Source of the DNA: an uncultured Bacilli bacterium
Lineage (GTDB): Bacteria > Bacillota_I > Bacilli_A > RF39 > UBA660
Assembly: GCA_934085875.1 (NCBI GenBank)
Contig: CAKOHQ010000002.1
Location: forward strand, 1-57,938
Direction: 5' to 3'
DNA: 57,938 bases
This document shows, piece by piece, positions 36,974-47,244 of this stretch. Position 1 is the stretch's first letter. Each line of letters starts with the position of its first letter. A program made the translations under genes and the position numbers. The notes under the pieces are model-generated. The model saw only the letters and a list, made by a program, of their open reading frames with translations, had not been told where the DNA came from and made no database searches.

Positions 36974-38995
36974 TTAATTATTATTAAATATTATTAGTTC
37001 ATGTTGACTACGAGTTACTGCAACATAATACAAATACTTATCTTTATCAAAATTATTTATTATTATTACAGAATCAAATTCTAATCCTTTAGATGCATAA
37101 GCTGGTATAATTAAGAAATTTTTATTAAATTTATCAGTATCAATATCAACTATATTAATATCACTTATATTACTTTTAATATTATCATATATGATTTGTG
37201 CTTCTTCTATACTTTTTGTAATTAGTGCTACACTATTATATTTACTTCTTAAATCATTAATTTTATCTGTTAATAACTTATAATCTACTTTATCATACAC
37301 TTTAACAGGTATATTATTATTTCTTCTAACCGCACTAAAATATTTTAAACCTAATATTTTATTAGAATATTCTATAATTTCTGGACTAGATCTGTATGTT
37401 TTATTCAATTCAACATATTTACTAACTCCATCAAATACATTTTCTAACATATTTAAATTGTTATATTTATAAAAAGGATTAATAGTTTGATTAACATCAC
37501 CTAATATAGTAAAATCAGTATTTCTAAATAATAATTTAATTATTTTATATTGTAATAATGTATAATCTTGTGCTTCGTCAATTACAACTAACTTAGTACT
37601 AACTCTATAAGGTATATTTGAAAGTAAAAATTTAAGATATATAAATAAAGTTGAATCTTCATAATTTAATACTTTTTTATTTAAATTTTTTATATTTTCA
37701 TTTCTATTAAAATATCCTTTATAATTATTTAAAAACTCTTGACTATCAAAAAAACTTTTATAAATATCTTTCATTTTTATTGTTATATTTATATTTTTTA
37801 ACAATAATGCTTTTAATCTTACTTTATCTTGTTTTTTGCCATCATAATATCTATTATTTATCTTTTCTGCTATATAATCAAATTTATCAAATAAATTAAA
37901 TTTATTATATCTATTATGTAATAAATCATTTAATTCTTCTTTATCTATCACTTGTTCTTTATAAGTTATATTATTTATAAACCTAGTTAAATTAGTAATT
38001 GTTTTTGCATAATTCTCTAAAATAGGTATTATTTCATCACTAAGTTTATATTTTATTAAATCATTATTTTGATATTCATTTTTATAATATCTTGCTAAAA
38101 ATTCACTATATGATTCTACTCTATAATATTCTTTTATATATGTTGATGCAAATTCATGAAATGTTGTTATCAAAGTATTATCTTCTCCAAGTTCAGGAAG
38201 TACATTACCAATATACTCTTTAAATATATTATTAGGCGAAAATATTAGTACGTTGTTACTATTTAAATATTCTAATTTATATAACAAATATGCTATTCTA
38301 TGAAGTGCAACACTAGTCTTACCACTACCAGCAATACCTTGAACAATCAAGTTATTTGTTTTATCATCTCTTATAACTACATTTTGTTCTTGTTGTATAG
38401 TATTAACAATATTTTTCATATGTTCACTAGAATTTTCTTTTAATACCTTTTGAAGTACATCATCATCAATATTAATAGTTGTATCAAAAACATTATCTAG
38501 CTTACCATCACTTATTTGATATTGTCTTTTTAAAATTATTTCCCCGTCTATTTTTCCATCTGGAGAGTTGTAACTAGCAACACCTACTCCATAATCATAA
38601 AACATAGAACATATTGGACTACGCCAATCATACACGTAATAATTTAAATCTTCTTCTACATTAGTTATTCCAATATATATTTTATCTAGAATATTATTAG
38701 TTTTAAAATCTATTCTAGCAAAATAAGGTTTATTTTGAATAGAATATAATTTTTTAAATTTTTTCGCTTTCTGTTCTAGAAAAAATACTTCTAAATCATT
38801 ACTGCTTCTTAATGTTTTCATTTCAGCAGGATCAAGTTCTGCCTTATTATCCCACATCATCTTCTGAAACTCTCTTAATTTAGTTTCTTTGTCATAAAGA
38901 TCTGCACTAAGTATTGATATTTGTTTTCTAACAATACTTATAGTACTTTCAAGTTTTTGTTTTTCAAGTAAAAGATCATTTTTAGATATACTCAT
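36974..38995 (-). CDS. helD: HelD-type UvrD/Rep-like helicase (RNA polymerase-associated helicase IV family)
   Basis: IVQGIAGSGKTSVALHRIAYLLY (Walker A), VVIDEAQDY, and a C-terminal KGLEFDSVII...YVAVTRSQHEL. The likely start is the ATG at 38995 after GGAGG; the ORF track start is 39031. Confidence 0.8.
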   Translation of the reverse strand: MSISKNDLLLEKQKLESTISIVRKQISILSADLYDKETKLREFQKMMWDNKAELDPAEMKTLRSSNDLEVFFLEQKAKKFKKLYSIQNKPYFARIDFKTNNILDKIYIGITNVEEDLNYYVYDWRSPICSMFYDYGVGVASYNSPDGKIDGEIILKRQYQISDGKLDNVFDTTINIDDDVLQKVLKENSSEHMKNIVNTIQQEQNVVIRDDKTNNLIVQGIAGSGKTSVALHRIAYLLYKLEYLNSNNVLIFSPNNIFKEYIGNVLPELGEDNTLITTFHEFASTYIKEYYRVESYSEFLARYYKNEYQNNDLIKYKLSDEIIPILENYAKTITNLTRFINNITYKEQVIDKEELNDLLHNRYNKFNLFDKFDYIAEKINNRYYDGKKQDKVRLKALLLKNINITIKMKDIYKSFFDSQEFLNNYKGYFNRNENIKNLNKKVLNYEDSTLFIYLKFLLSNIPYRVSTKLVVIDEAQDYTLLQYKIIKLLFRNTDFTILGDVNQTINPFYKYNNLNMLENVFDGVSKYVELNKTYRSSPEIIEYSNKILGLKYFSAVRRNNNIPVKVYDKVDYKLLTDKINDLRSKYNSVALITKSIEEAQIIYDNIKSNISDINIVDIDTDKFNKNFLIIPAYASKGLEFDSVIIINNFDKDKYLYYVAVTRSQHELIIFNNN

Positions 38996-39099
38996 TTTAC
39001 CTCCATAAAATGTCTTTAAAAAACTAAGCAAATTAATAATAACATAATAATATAGTTAAAGGCAATACATTTTATGTTATTTATTAAAAATAGAAGAGT

Positions 39100-40104
39100 T
39101 TAATTTTCTTCTACATAAAAATTAGGTTTTATCAAAAGTTCTAATTTTTTTCCATTTGTTTTTAGATCGCTATCATCAATTTTTGTGGCAGCACTATATA
39201 TATTTCCTCCACCATTCATTATATTCATTATTTTACTCACATCAATTTTTCCATTACTTCTTGCACTTATTGATATTAATTCCTTGTCAATTAAACCTAC
39301 TGCAAATGCTGCATCAGTTTTAAATTTTAACAAATAATCTGCAACTTTTGCTAATTCTTCTTTTGTATAAATTACATCTTCATCAGCAATACATAATCCT
39401 ATTTTATAAGTGATAAATTTAGCTTTATTTACTAGATTTTGTACTTTTCTATCACTACCAAAATCCATTTCAAAAAATTCATTTACTCTATTTATATCCG
39501 CACCATAACTCATTAATTTAGATCCTATTTCCAATGTTTTGCTACTACAATTTTGTGAATAGTATTTTGTATCTAAATATATTCCTGCTAAAAGATAATT
39601 AGCTAGATTCTTTGTAAATTTTATTTTATATATCATAAGCAAATCAGTAATTATTTCGCTCGTACTAGATACATCAGATAAAATATAATTATATTCAGTT
39701 TCTATTGGATATTTAGTTTGTGTATGATGATCTATAACAATTATATTTTTAAAATGTTGTAAATAATTAGAACATGGCAATAAATCTTTACTACTAACAT
39801 CTAAGGTTATCAATAAATCCTGATTACTTTTTATTTTGTTGTATTCTTCATTATTTATATAGTTAATTATTGAATTAGTACTATTTATCATTTCTTTAAC
39901 ACCTTGTTGTATTACTTCTTTTTCATCACATAGTATATATACATCAGTATTAAATTTTTTTATTATTTCACTCATTGCAATACAAGAGGCTATTGAATCA
40001 TAATCAGCGCCAATATGTCCAGATAATATAACTTGTTTTGATTTGCTAATTTTTTCTTCTAAAACTTTTTTTAAATCCAAAATATTTGTCATAAAATCAC
40101 CCAT
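39100..40104 (-). CDS. DHH/DHHA1 family phosphoesterase (NrnA-like)
   Basis: GHIGADYDSIAS, LDVS, VIDHHT and a C-terminal GGGNIYSAA (DHHA1). Confidence 0.75.
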   Translation of the reverse strand: MGDFMTNILDLKKVLEEKISKSKQVILSGHIGADYDSIASCIAMSEIIKKFNTDVYILCDEKEVIQQGVKEMINSTNSIINYINNEEYNKIKSNQDLLITLDVSSKDLLPCSNYLQHFKNIIVIDHHTQTKYPIETEYNYILSDVSSTSEIITDLLMIYKIKFTKNLANYLLAGIYLDTKYYSQNCSSKTLEIGSKLMSYGADINRVNEFFEMDFGSDRKVQNLVNKAKFITYKIGLCIADEDVIYTKEELAKVADYLLKFKTDAAFAVGLIDKELISISARSNGKIDVSKIMNIMNGGGNIYSAATKIDDSDLKTNGKKLELLIKPNFYVEEN

Positions 40105-40202
40105 GTATCACTATTATAATAGTTATTTTATTTTTGTCAATCAGTAAATTTTTCGAGTAATTTTATTTAATATTTAAATTTTTTATTTTTTTATATATTA
40201 GG

Positions 40203-40250
40203 AAAAAAGACTAAGATTATATAAGAGTCATAATAGTCATCTCAGTCTTT
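40203..40250 (-). terminator. terminator after ppdK
   Basis: AAAGACTGAG...CTTAGTCTTT hairpin followed by T6 on the minus strand. The loop is long. Confidence 0.4.
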
Positions 40251-40255
40251 AAATA

Positions 40256-42889
40256 TTATTTATTATTTCTTTCATTAATTGCAGCTTGTGCAGCAGCAAG
40301 TCTTGCAACTGGAACTCTAAATGGTGAACAAGATACATAATCAAGTCCTACATTATGATAGAATTCTATTGATTTAGGATCTCCACCAGTTTCTCCACAT
40401 ACACCTAAATGTATATCATTTCTAGTTGATTTACCTAATTTAACAGCTGTTTCAATTAATTTACCAACACCTTTTTGGTCAAGTGTTTTAAATGGATCTT
40501 CTTCATAAATTTTATTTTCATAATATGAAGGTAAGAATTTACCAGCGTCATCTCTTGAGAATCCAAATGTCATTTGAGTTAAATCGTTAGTACCAAATGA
40601 GAAGAATTCAGCTTCTTTAGCGATTTCATCTGCTGTTAAAGCAGCTCTTGGTATTTCAATCATTGTACCAACTTTATATTCTAATTCAATATTAGCATTC
40701 TTTATTTCCTCATCAGCAGTTTTAACAACTACATCTTTAACATATTTAAGTTCTTTAACTTCTCCAACTAATGGAATCATTATTTCAGGAACTACATTCC
40801 AATCGCTATGTTTTTTCTTTGTATTTATTGCAGCACGAATAACTGCTTTAGTTTGCATTTTTGCAATTTCTGGATAAGTAACTGCAAGTCTGCATCCACG
40901 ATGTCCCATCATAGGGTTAAATTCATGAAGTGAAGCAATTATTTCTTTAATTCTTTCAACACTCTTACCTTGAGCTTTTGCTAATTTTTCAATGTCTGCT
41001 TCTTCTGTTGGAACGAATTCATGTAGAGGTGGATCTAAATATCTAATTACAACTGAATCACCTTCTAAAGCTTCATATAATGCTTCAAAATCACCTTGTT
41101 GGTATGGTAATATTTTATCTAATGCTATTTCTCTTTCTTCTACTGTATCAGCACAAATCATTTCTCTGAATGCTGCAATTCTATCTGCTTCAAAGAACAT
41201 ATGCTCTGTTCTACATAAACCAATACCTTCAGCACCTAATTCATGTGCCTTTTTTGCATCTCTAGGTGTATCTGCATTAGTTCTAACTTTAAGTCTTCTA
41301 AATTTATCAGCCCAATTCATAACCCTTTCAAATTCACCAACTATTTGAGCGTCAACAGTTTTAATAATACCATCATAGATATTTCCTGTAGTACCATCTA
41401 TTGATATAAAATCACCTTCATGATATGTTTTACCAGCTAAAGTGAATTTCTTATTTTCTTCATCCATAGCAATATCACCACATCCTGATACGCAACAAGT
41501 ACCCATACCACGTGCAACAACTGCTGCATGGCTTGTCATACCACCACGAACTGTTAAAATACCTTGACTAGCTTTCATACCAGTTATATCTTCTGGAGAA
41601 GTTTCAAGTCTTACTAATACAACTTTTTCTCCTCTTTCATTCCATACTACAGCATCTTCAGCAGTAAATACAATCTTACCACAAGCAGCTCCAGGTGAAG
41701 CTCCAAGTCCTTTTCCAACTGGTTTAGATTTCTTTAATTCTTCTGTATCAAATTGTGGATGAAGTAATGTATCTAAATTTCTTGGATCAATCATTGCAAC
41801 AGCTTCTTCTTCAGTACGCATACCTTCATCAACTAAATCACATGCAATTTTTAAAGCAGCTTGTGCAGTTCTTTTACCATTTCTAGTTTGTAACATATAA
41901 AGTTTACCATGTTCAACAGTAAATTCCATATCTTGCATATCTCTATAATGACTTTCTAGAGTTTTACAAACTTCCTTAAATTCTTTAAAAGCTTCTGGGA
42001 ATTTATTTTCCATTTCACTTATATGCATTGGAGTTCTAACACCTGCAACAACATCTTCACCTTGTGCATTAGTTAAGAATTCTCCAAATAAACCTTTTTC
42101 TCCAGTAGCTGGATCTCTTGTAAATGCAACACCAGTACCACAATCATCTCCCATATTACCAAATGCCATTGATTGTACGTTTACAGCAGTTCCCCATGAA
42201 TAAGGAATATCATTATCTCTTCTATAAACATTAGCTCTTGGATTATCCCATGAACGGAATACAGCTTTAATAGCACCCATTAATTGTTCTTTTGGATCAG
42301 TTGGGAAATCACTACCAATTTTAGATTTATATTCTTCTTTAAATAAACGTGCTAACTCTTTTAAATCATCAGCATCAAGTTCAATATCTTGAGTAACACC
42401 TTTCTTTTCTTTCATTTCATCAATAAGTTGTTCAAAGTATTTTTTACCTACTTCCATAACAACATCTGAATACATTTGAATAAATCTTCTATAACAGTCC
42501 CATGCCCATCTAGGATTATTAGTTTTTTCTGCTATTGATTCTACAACTTCTTCATTTAAACCTAAATTTAAAATTGTATCCATCATACCTGGCATACTTG
42601 CTCTTGCACCACTTCTTACTGAAACTAATAATGGATTCTCTTTATCTCCAAATTTTTTACCAGTTTCATCTTCTAATTTTAGAATATATTCATTAATTTG
42701 TGCTTGAATATCTTCATTAATTTCTCTACCATCTTCATAGTACTTAGTACATGCTTCAGTAGTAACTGTAAAACCTTGAGGTACAGGTAAGCCAATACTT
42801 GTCATTTCTGCTAAGTTTGCACCTTTACCACCTAAAAGGTTTCTCATATCTTTATTTCCTTCTTTAAAGGAATATACATATTTTGTCAT
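40256..42889 (-). CDS. ppdK: pyruvate, phosphate dikinase
   Basis: 877 aa with GGKGANLAEM, the phospho-His region GGMTSHAAVVARGMG, and a C-terminal PEP-utiliser TIM barrel (FFSFGTNDLTQ, CGE). Confidence 0.96.
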   Translation of the reverse strand: MTKYVYSFKEGNKDMRNLLGGKGANLAEMTSIGLPVPQGFTVTTEACTKYYEDGREINEDIQAQINEYILKLEDETGKKFGDKENPLLVSVRSGARASMPGMMDTILNLGLNEEVVESIAEKTNNPRWAWDCYRRFIQMYSDVVMEVGKKYFEQLIDEMKEKKGVTQDIELDADDLKELARLFKEEYKSKIGSDFPTDPKEQLMGAIKAVFRSWDNPRANVYRRDNDIPYSWGTAVNVQSMAFGNMGDDCGTGVAFTRDPATGEKGLFGEFLTNAQGEDVVAGVRTPMHISEMENKFPEAFKEFKEVCKTLESHYRDMQDMEFTVEHGKLYMLQTRNGKRTAQAALKIACDLVDEGMRTEEEAVAMIDPRNLDTLLHPQFDTEELKKSKPVGKGLGASPGAACGKIVFTAEDAVVWNERGEKVVLVRLETSPEDITGMKASQGILTVRGGMTSHAAVVARGMGTCCVSGCGDIAMDEENKKFTLAGKTYHEGDFISIDGTTGNIYDGIIKTVDAQIVGEFERVMNWADKFRRLKVRTNADTPRDAKKAHELGAEGIGLCRTEHMFFEADRIAAFREMICADTVEEREIALDKILPYQQGDFEALYEALEGDSVVIRYLDPPLHEFVPTEEADIEKLAKAQGKSVERIKEIIASLHEFNPMMGHRGCRLAVTYPEIAKMQTKAVIRAAINTKKKHSDWNVVPEIMIPLVGEVKELKYVKDVVVKTADEEIKNANIELEYKVGTMIEIPRAALTADEIAKEAEFFSFGTNDLTQMTFGFSRDDAGKFLPSYYENKIYEEDPFKTLDQKGVGKLIETAVKLGKSTRNDIHLGVCGETGGDPKSIEFYHNVGLDYVSCSPFRVPVARLAAAQAAINERNNK

Positions 42890-42978
42890 ATCTCTTACCC
42901 TCCATTATTATCTGACTCATTTAGTATATCATAAAAAAAATATTGTAAACAATACTTTTTATACGTTTTTACAATATT

Positions 42979-45150
42979 TTACTTAATTTTATCTTCTATG
43001 ATTTCTTTTATCTTATTTATATCAAAATTTTTACTTATAACTCTATCAAAACCTTTATAATTACTAAAATAATAATTGTTTTCATTATAAGTATGATTTA
43101 TTTGTTCTTCATCTGTCATATTAGGAAATATTATAAAATTATAATTATTATCTGCTGTTACAACATCAATATTATATGTATTGTAATAACTATATTTATA
43201 TAATCTCATAAATTTTTTATCTCCATGCGTTTTTTGTACTGCAAAAATATAATATTTCTTACCATCTTTTTCATATTCATATAACATTTCATACCAATCA
43301 CCAATTTTTGAATCTGGTATAAAGTATCTATATTTACTACATTCATACTTACTATTACAACAATAACTTATATGATCTTGACATATATTATTTTTATAAT
43401 CCTTCCATATATCATATTTAATATTAAAATATTCACTATTCTTTTCGGTTATTTGTTTAATAAAATCAGATGGTTTATCACTTAATGATTTTAATTCAGA
43501 ATTTTGATAAAGTTTTCTTAAATTATTATATGTACTATAATTCTTTTCATATCTTGTTTTTTTACAATAAATTTCATATCTTTTATATGCTCTTTCTACT
43601 GCTTTCTCTGTTATTCCTGAAAAATATTTACCATCTTTTATTAATTCAAATTTGTCATATAAATCATATTCGTACCTTTGGTTACCGCCGGCATTATCAC
43701 AGCAATTATAACAACTTCCTCTATCAAGAAAACTATATTTATTATAGGAATATAAGTATTTATCATCATATTTAAAATTATATAAAGATACATAATTAGC
43801 AATTTGGCTTCTTATTACTGTGTGTGTTCCATCTACTATATTTCCAACAAAAGTATAATAATAACCTGGCTTACCTGTATATCTTAAATTAATAAATATT
43901 AAATTATCTAAAAAGCCTAAAGTTTCTATTGAATTAAAATGTGTATAATCCGAATCAACCATATCATACTTATATAATAAATCTAACTCACCTTGTTTAT
44001 TATTTTGTTTTTTATTTATACAATAATAGTTATAAATAATGTCCTTACCATTACCTGGTTGATAATTATATCCATCCATTTGACTTTTTACATTATCACA
44101 ATAAGAATCTTTTATATAGAAATTAACATTATGTGTTGTTTTCTTATTATAGTATTTAAATTCTGTACCTTTTTTCTCTAAACTATCTAAAACATTATCA
44201 CCAAAATAATTCGGATATATATTAATAATTACCTTTGGAGTTACTTTTACTTCAGTATCATACACATTTAATTCTTTTGTATATGTATTATTAGAATTTA
44301 AAACAAATTCTTCTTCATCTTCTTCATATTGATACTTTATATTCTTGAAATTATCTTTTTTTACTTTCTCAACACTTTCTACAAATGATAGATTATATTG
44401 AACTTCGTATATGTTATTTAATAACTTATCATTTATTTCATTACCACTATTATCTGTTACTTTAAAATTAAAATCATCAGCTGTATATTTAGGTAATATT
44501 ACGACAGGCAATTTTGCCTTTTTAGTAACAGAATAGGTTTTACCTATATTATCTGTTTCTTCAATCGAGTAATTAAAATATACATATTGTTGTTCATTTG
44601 ATTTTTCATAATCTATTTTAGATGAATCACATTTAGTAAATGCAAAACTTTCATCTTTTAATATTTTTTCATTTATTATTTCTTTTTTATTACAATCAAA
44701 TTCTTCTCCCTTTTGCAAATATATAGTATCAAATTCTTTTTTATTTTGATTTAATTTATTATATGGATAATAATAATACCTCATACCATTTTCAAAATCA
44801 TACGAAACTAATATTTTAGATGAATCTTTAAAAGAACCATCTTCTATATCTTTATCTATTAAATCTTTCATTTCAGAATAATATTCTTTACTTAACAACC
44901 CATCATTTATTAAATCATCTATCTTTATCACAGTATAACCATTTTCATCAATTAAATCATCTTCATTAATAATATTTTTATCATAATAAACAGCAGCATT
45001 AGTTATTACATCATTAACAAATTTTGCTTTCTTTTTTTCATTTTCATTATTATGTCTTATAGAAATTATTGATATTGTTGCTACCAAAGAAATTAACACA
45101 ATACATATTATTATTTCAATTAAAGTAAACCCTTTTCTATTTCTTTTCAT
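42979..45150 (-). CDS. large prepilin-type N-terminal cleavage/methylation domain protein (pseudopilin-like, 723 aa)
   Basis: MKRNRKGFTLIEIIICIVLISLVA is a class III signal sequence with G-1 and E+5. The rest is a Tyr/Asn/Lys/Cys-rich extracellular region. Confidence 0.7.
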   Translation of the reverse strand: MKRNRKGFTLIEIIICIVLISLVATISIISIRHNNENEKKKAKFVNDVITNAAVYYDKNIINEDDLIDENGYTVIKIDDLINDGLLSKEYYSEMKDLIDKDIEDGSFKDSSKILVSYDFENGMRYYYYPYNKLNQNKKEFDTIYLQKGEEFDCNKKEIINEKILKDESFAFTKCDSSKIDYEKSNEQQYVYFNYSIEETDNIGKTYSVTKKAKLPVVILPKYTADDFNFKVTDNSGNEINDKLLNNIYEVQYNLSFVESVEKVKKDNFKNIKYQYEEDEEEFVLNSNNTYTKELNVYDTEVKVTPKVIINIYPNYFGDNVLDSLEKKGTEFKYYNKKTTHNVNFYIKDSYCDNVKSQMDGYNYQPGNGKDIIYNYYCINKKQNNKQGELDLLYKYDMVDSDYTHFNSIETLGFLDNLIFINLRYTGKPGYYYTFVGNIVDGTHTVIRSQIANYVSLYNFKYDDKYLYSYNKYSFLDRGSCYNCCDNAGGNQRYEYDLYDKFELIKDGKYFSGITEKAVERAYKRYEIYCKKTRYEKNYSTYNNLRKLYQNSELKSLSDKPSDFIKQITEKNSEYFNIKYDIWKDYKNNICQDHISYCCNSKYECSKYRYFIPDSKIGDWYEMLYEYEKDGKKYYIFAVQKTHGDKKFMRLYKYSYYNTYNIDVVTADNNYNFIIFPNMTDEEQINHTYNENNYYFSNYKGFDRVISKNFDINKIKEIIEDKIK

Positions 45151-45157
45151 AATTAAG

Positions 45158-45346
45158 TCACTTTCTAATATTTTCTATATTACTTTTTTTAAAATCAATT
45201 TCTTTATCAATTATTTTATCTTTTAAAGTTTCTAATTCTTTTCTATCCATTAAATTCAATACTTTATCTGTATTTCCTTTTTCTACTTCTTTTTTTATTT
45301 CTAATATTTCATCCATTTCTAATTTTCCATCTTTAAAATTTGTCAT
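45158..45346 (-). CDS. hypothetical small charged protein
   Basis: 62-aa ORF, 8 nt upstream of the pilin-like gene. Confidence 0.3.
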   Translation of the reverse strand: MTNFKDGKLEMDEILEIKKEVEKGNTDKVLNLMDRKELETLKDKIIDKEIDFKKSNIENIRK

Positions 45347-45397
45347 AATTAATTCTCCTTACTCTTAAAGTATATATTATAATAATAATTTTTACAA

Positions 45398-46267
45398 TTA
45401 TTTTCTTGGATTTGTATGTAAATAAACCCTTTTTAATTCTTCATTAGATACATGAGTATATATACTAGTAGTTGACAAAGAAACGTGTCCTAATAGTTCC
45501 TGCACACTTTTTAAATCACATCCTTCATTAAGAAGCATTGTAGCAAACGAATGTCTAAAAGTATGGGGTGTAATTTTTAAATCACTACTACTTTTTAACA
45601 ATATTTTATCTATTATATCTCGTATACCTCTAGTACTTAATTGATTACCTAAATGATTTATAAACAAATAATTATTATCTTTTTTCCCTAATATTTCTTT
45701 TCTAACAGATAAATACTCTCTTATACTATCAATCGCATAACTTCCTAAATAAACTATTCTTTCTTTATTTCCTTTACCTAAAACTTTAATTTCTTTATTT
45801 TCTAAATCAATATCATCTAATTTTATATTTATAAGTTCATTACATCTACATCCAGTACATAATAGCACTTCAAATATACATCTATTACGTTTACCTAAAT
45901 TATTATTTGTATCTATACTGTTTATTAACTCTTCATATTCATTATATTTAAAATAATTAGGTAATTTTTTTTCTTTTTTCATACTATTTACCAACTTAAA
46001 AGGATTATTGTTAATCTTTTCTTTTTTTATTAAAAAATTATAATAGCTTCTTATACAACTTAAAGTTCTATTTATACTAGTTGATTTATGATCTGTTTTT
46101 AAATAACTTATAAAATTTAATACATCTTTATATTCTACATTATATAGTTTAATTTTCTTAGAATTTAAATACGTTTCATATTTATCAATATCTAATTCAT
46201 AATTTAAAATCGTATTAGTACTATATTTTTTTATTTTAATTAGATAATTTAAAAAATCTTGTTTCAT
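45398..46267 (-). CDS. tyrosine recombinase, XerC/XerD family
   Basis: RNRCIFEVLLCTGCRCNEL and HTFRHSFATMLLNEGCDLKSVQELLGHVSLSTTSIYTHV (R..HxxR..Y catalytic set). Confidence 0.85.
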   Translation of the reverse strand: MKQDFLNYLIKIKKYSTNTILNYELDIDKYETYLNSKKIKLYNVEYKDVLNFISYLKTDHKSTSINRTLSCIRSYYNFLIKKEKINNNPFKLVNSMKKEKKLPNYFKYNEYEELINSIDTNNNLGKRNRCIFEVLLCTGCRCNELINIKLDDIDLENKEIKVLGKGNKERIVYLGSYAIDSIREYLSVRKEILGKKDNNYLFINHLGNQLSTRGIRDIIDKILLKSSSDLKITPHTFRHSFATMLLNEGCDLKSVQELLGHVSLSTTSIYTHVSNEELKRVYLHTNPRK

Positions 46268-46318
46268 ATTCTACCTCTAAAATTAATTATAAAATAAAAG
46301 ACAAGTTTTATCAACTTA

Positions 46319-47137
46319 TCATTTTATTGTCTCGTCTAAAGACAATTTTAACACTTTTTTAGATAATGATTTATAATAATCATTTCCATCTATTAATTCA
46401 TAACTATCTACTATTTTATTTGCTAATATTTCTTCATTAATAGATTTATCACTTTCTTCAAAAAATTCTTCATTTTCATATTTGTTATAATCTAATTCAT
46501 CATTCAAATTATCTTTCTTATAGTTATATTTTAAATAACTATGTTTTCTATCTAAATCAAATAAATCATCAACATACATCATATTTACTACAAAATCTCT
46601 TATAGTTGAATAATCTTCTACTATTTTATTTTGTCTTTTAAAATAAAATTCAGTTCTTATAAAATCAGTAAAATATTCTTCTAATCTACTTTTTTCGTCA
46701 CTTGATAATGAATTATAATATTTTTCTTTTTTTGTAGAAGCATATTGACATAAATTTTTTATTTTATTTATCATACCACTTTTATTCTTATATTTTTTTA
46801 AATATATTTTTAATAAAATAAATAAATCTAATGGTTTATTTTTTAATTCTGCTAAGTTTTCTTTTACATAATTTATATTTAAATTAATTTTATTATTTTT
46901 ATATAATATTATATCACCATTATATATAATCTTTTGTTTGTTTAAATTATATACATAAAGATTAATATTTTTTTCTGGAATTAGATTTTTATCATATAAT
47001 TCATTTAACAATTCTTCCATATTATTAAAAGTAGTTGTAAATTCATCCAAAGATTTAATATTGCTTATATTATAATCTTTTAAATTAATTAAACTTATTT
47101 TCTCATCTTTAATATAACATAATGTATAATTTGCCAT
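46319..47137 (-). CDS. hypothetical protein
   Basis: 272-aa ORF with no recognisable motif. Confidence 0.35.
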   Translation of the reverse strand: MANYTLCYIKDEKISLINLKDYNISNIKSLDEFTTTFNNMEELLNELYDKNLIPEKNINLYVYNLNKQKIIYNGDIILYKNNKINLNINYVKENLAELKNKPLDLFILLKIYLKKYKNKSGMINKIKNLCQYASTKKEKYYNSLSSDEKSRLEEYFTDFIRTEFYFKRQNKIVEDYSTIRDFVVNMMYVDDLFDLDRKHSYLKYNYKKDNLNDELDYNKYENEEFFEESDKSINEEILANKIVDSYELIDGNDYYKSLSKKVLKLSLDETIK

Positions 47138-47199
47138 AAATACCCCCTATTAACAACTAAAGTATATCAAAATAATATAATTTTGTCAAAAAATTCCAT

Positions 47200-47227
47200 T
47201 TGACATCGCAAACATTTGTTTTATAAT
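47200..47227 (+). promoter_or_regulatory. promoter (TTGACA - 16 nt - TATAAT) with an embedded LexA/Cheo-box-like palindrome AAAC-N4-GTTT
   Basis: TTGACAtcgcAAACATTTGTTTtTATAAT, upstream of the Y-family polymerase gene. Confidence 0.5.
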
Positions 47228-47244
47228 TATATTGGGTGATCTAT

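Noticed and set aside
40992-41348. 118-aa plus-strand ORF inside ppdK
   Set aside because: It is antisense to a highly conserved enzyme gene. It is open only because the ppdK region has a higher GC content.
43470-44181. Plus-strand ORFs 43470..43775 and 43993..44181
   Set aside because: They are antisense to the pilin-like gene and low complexity.
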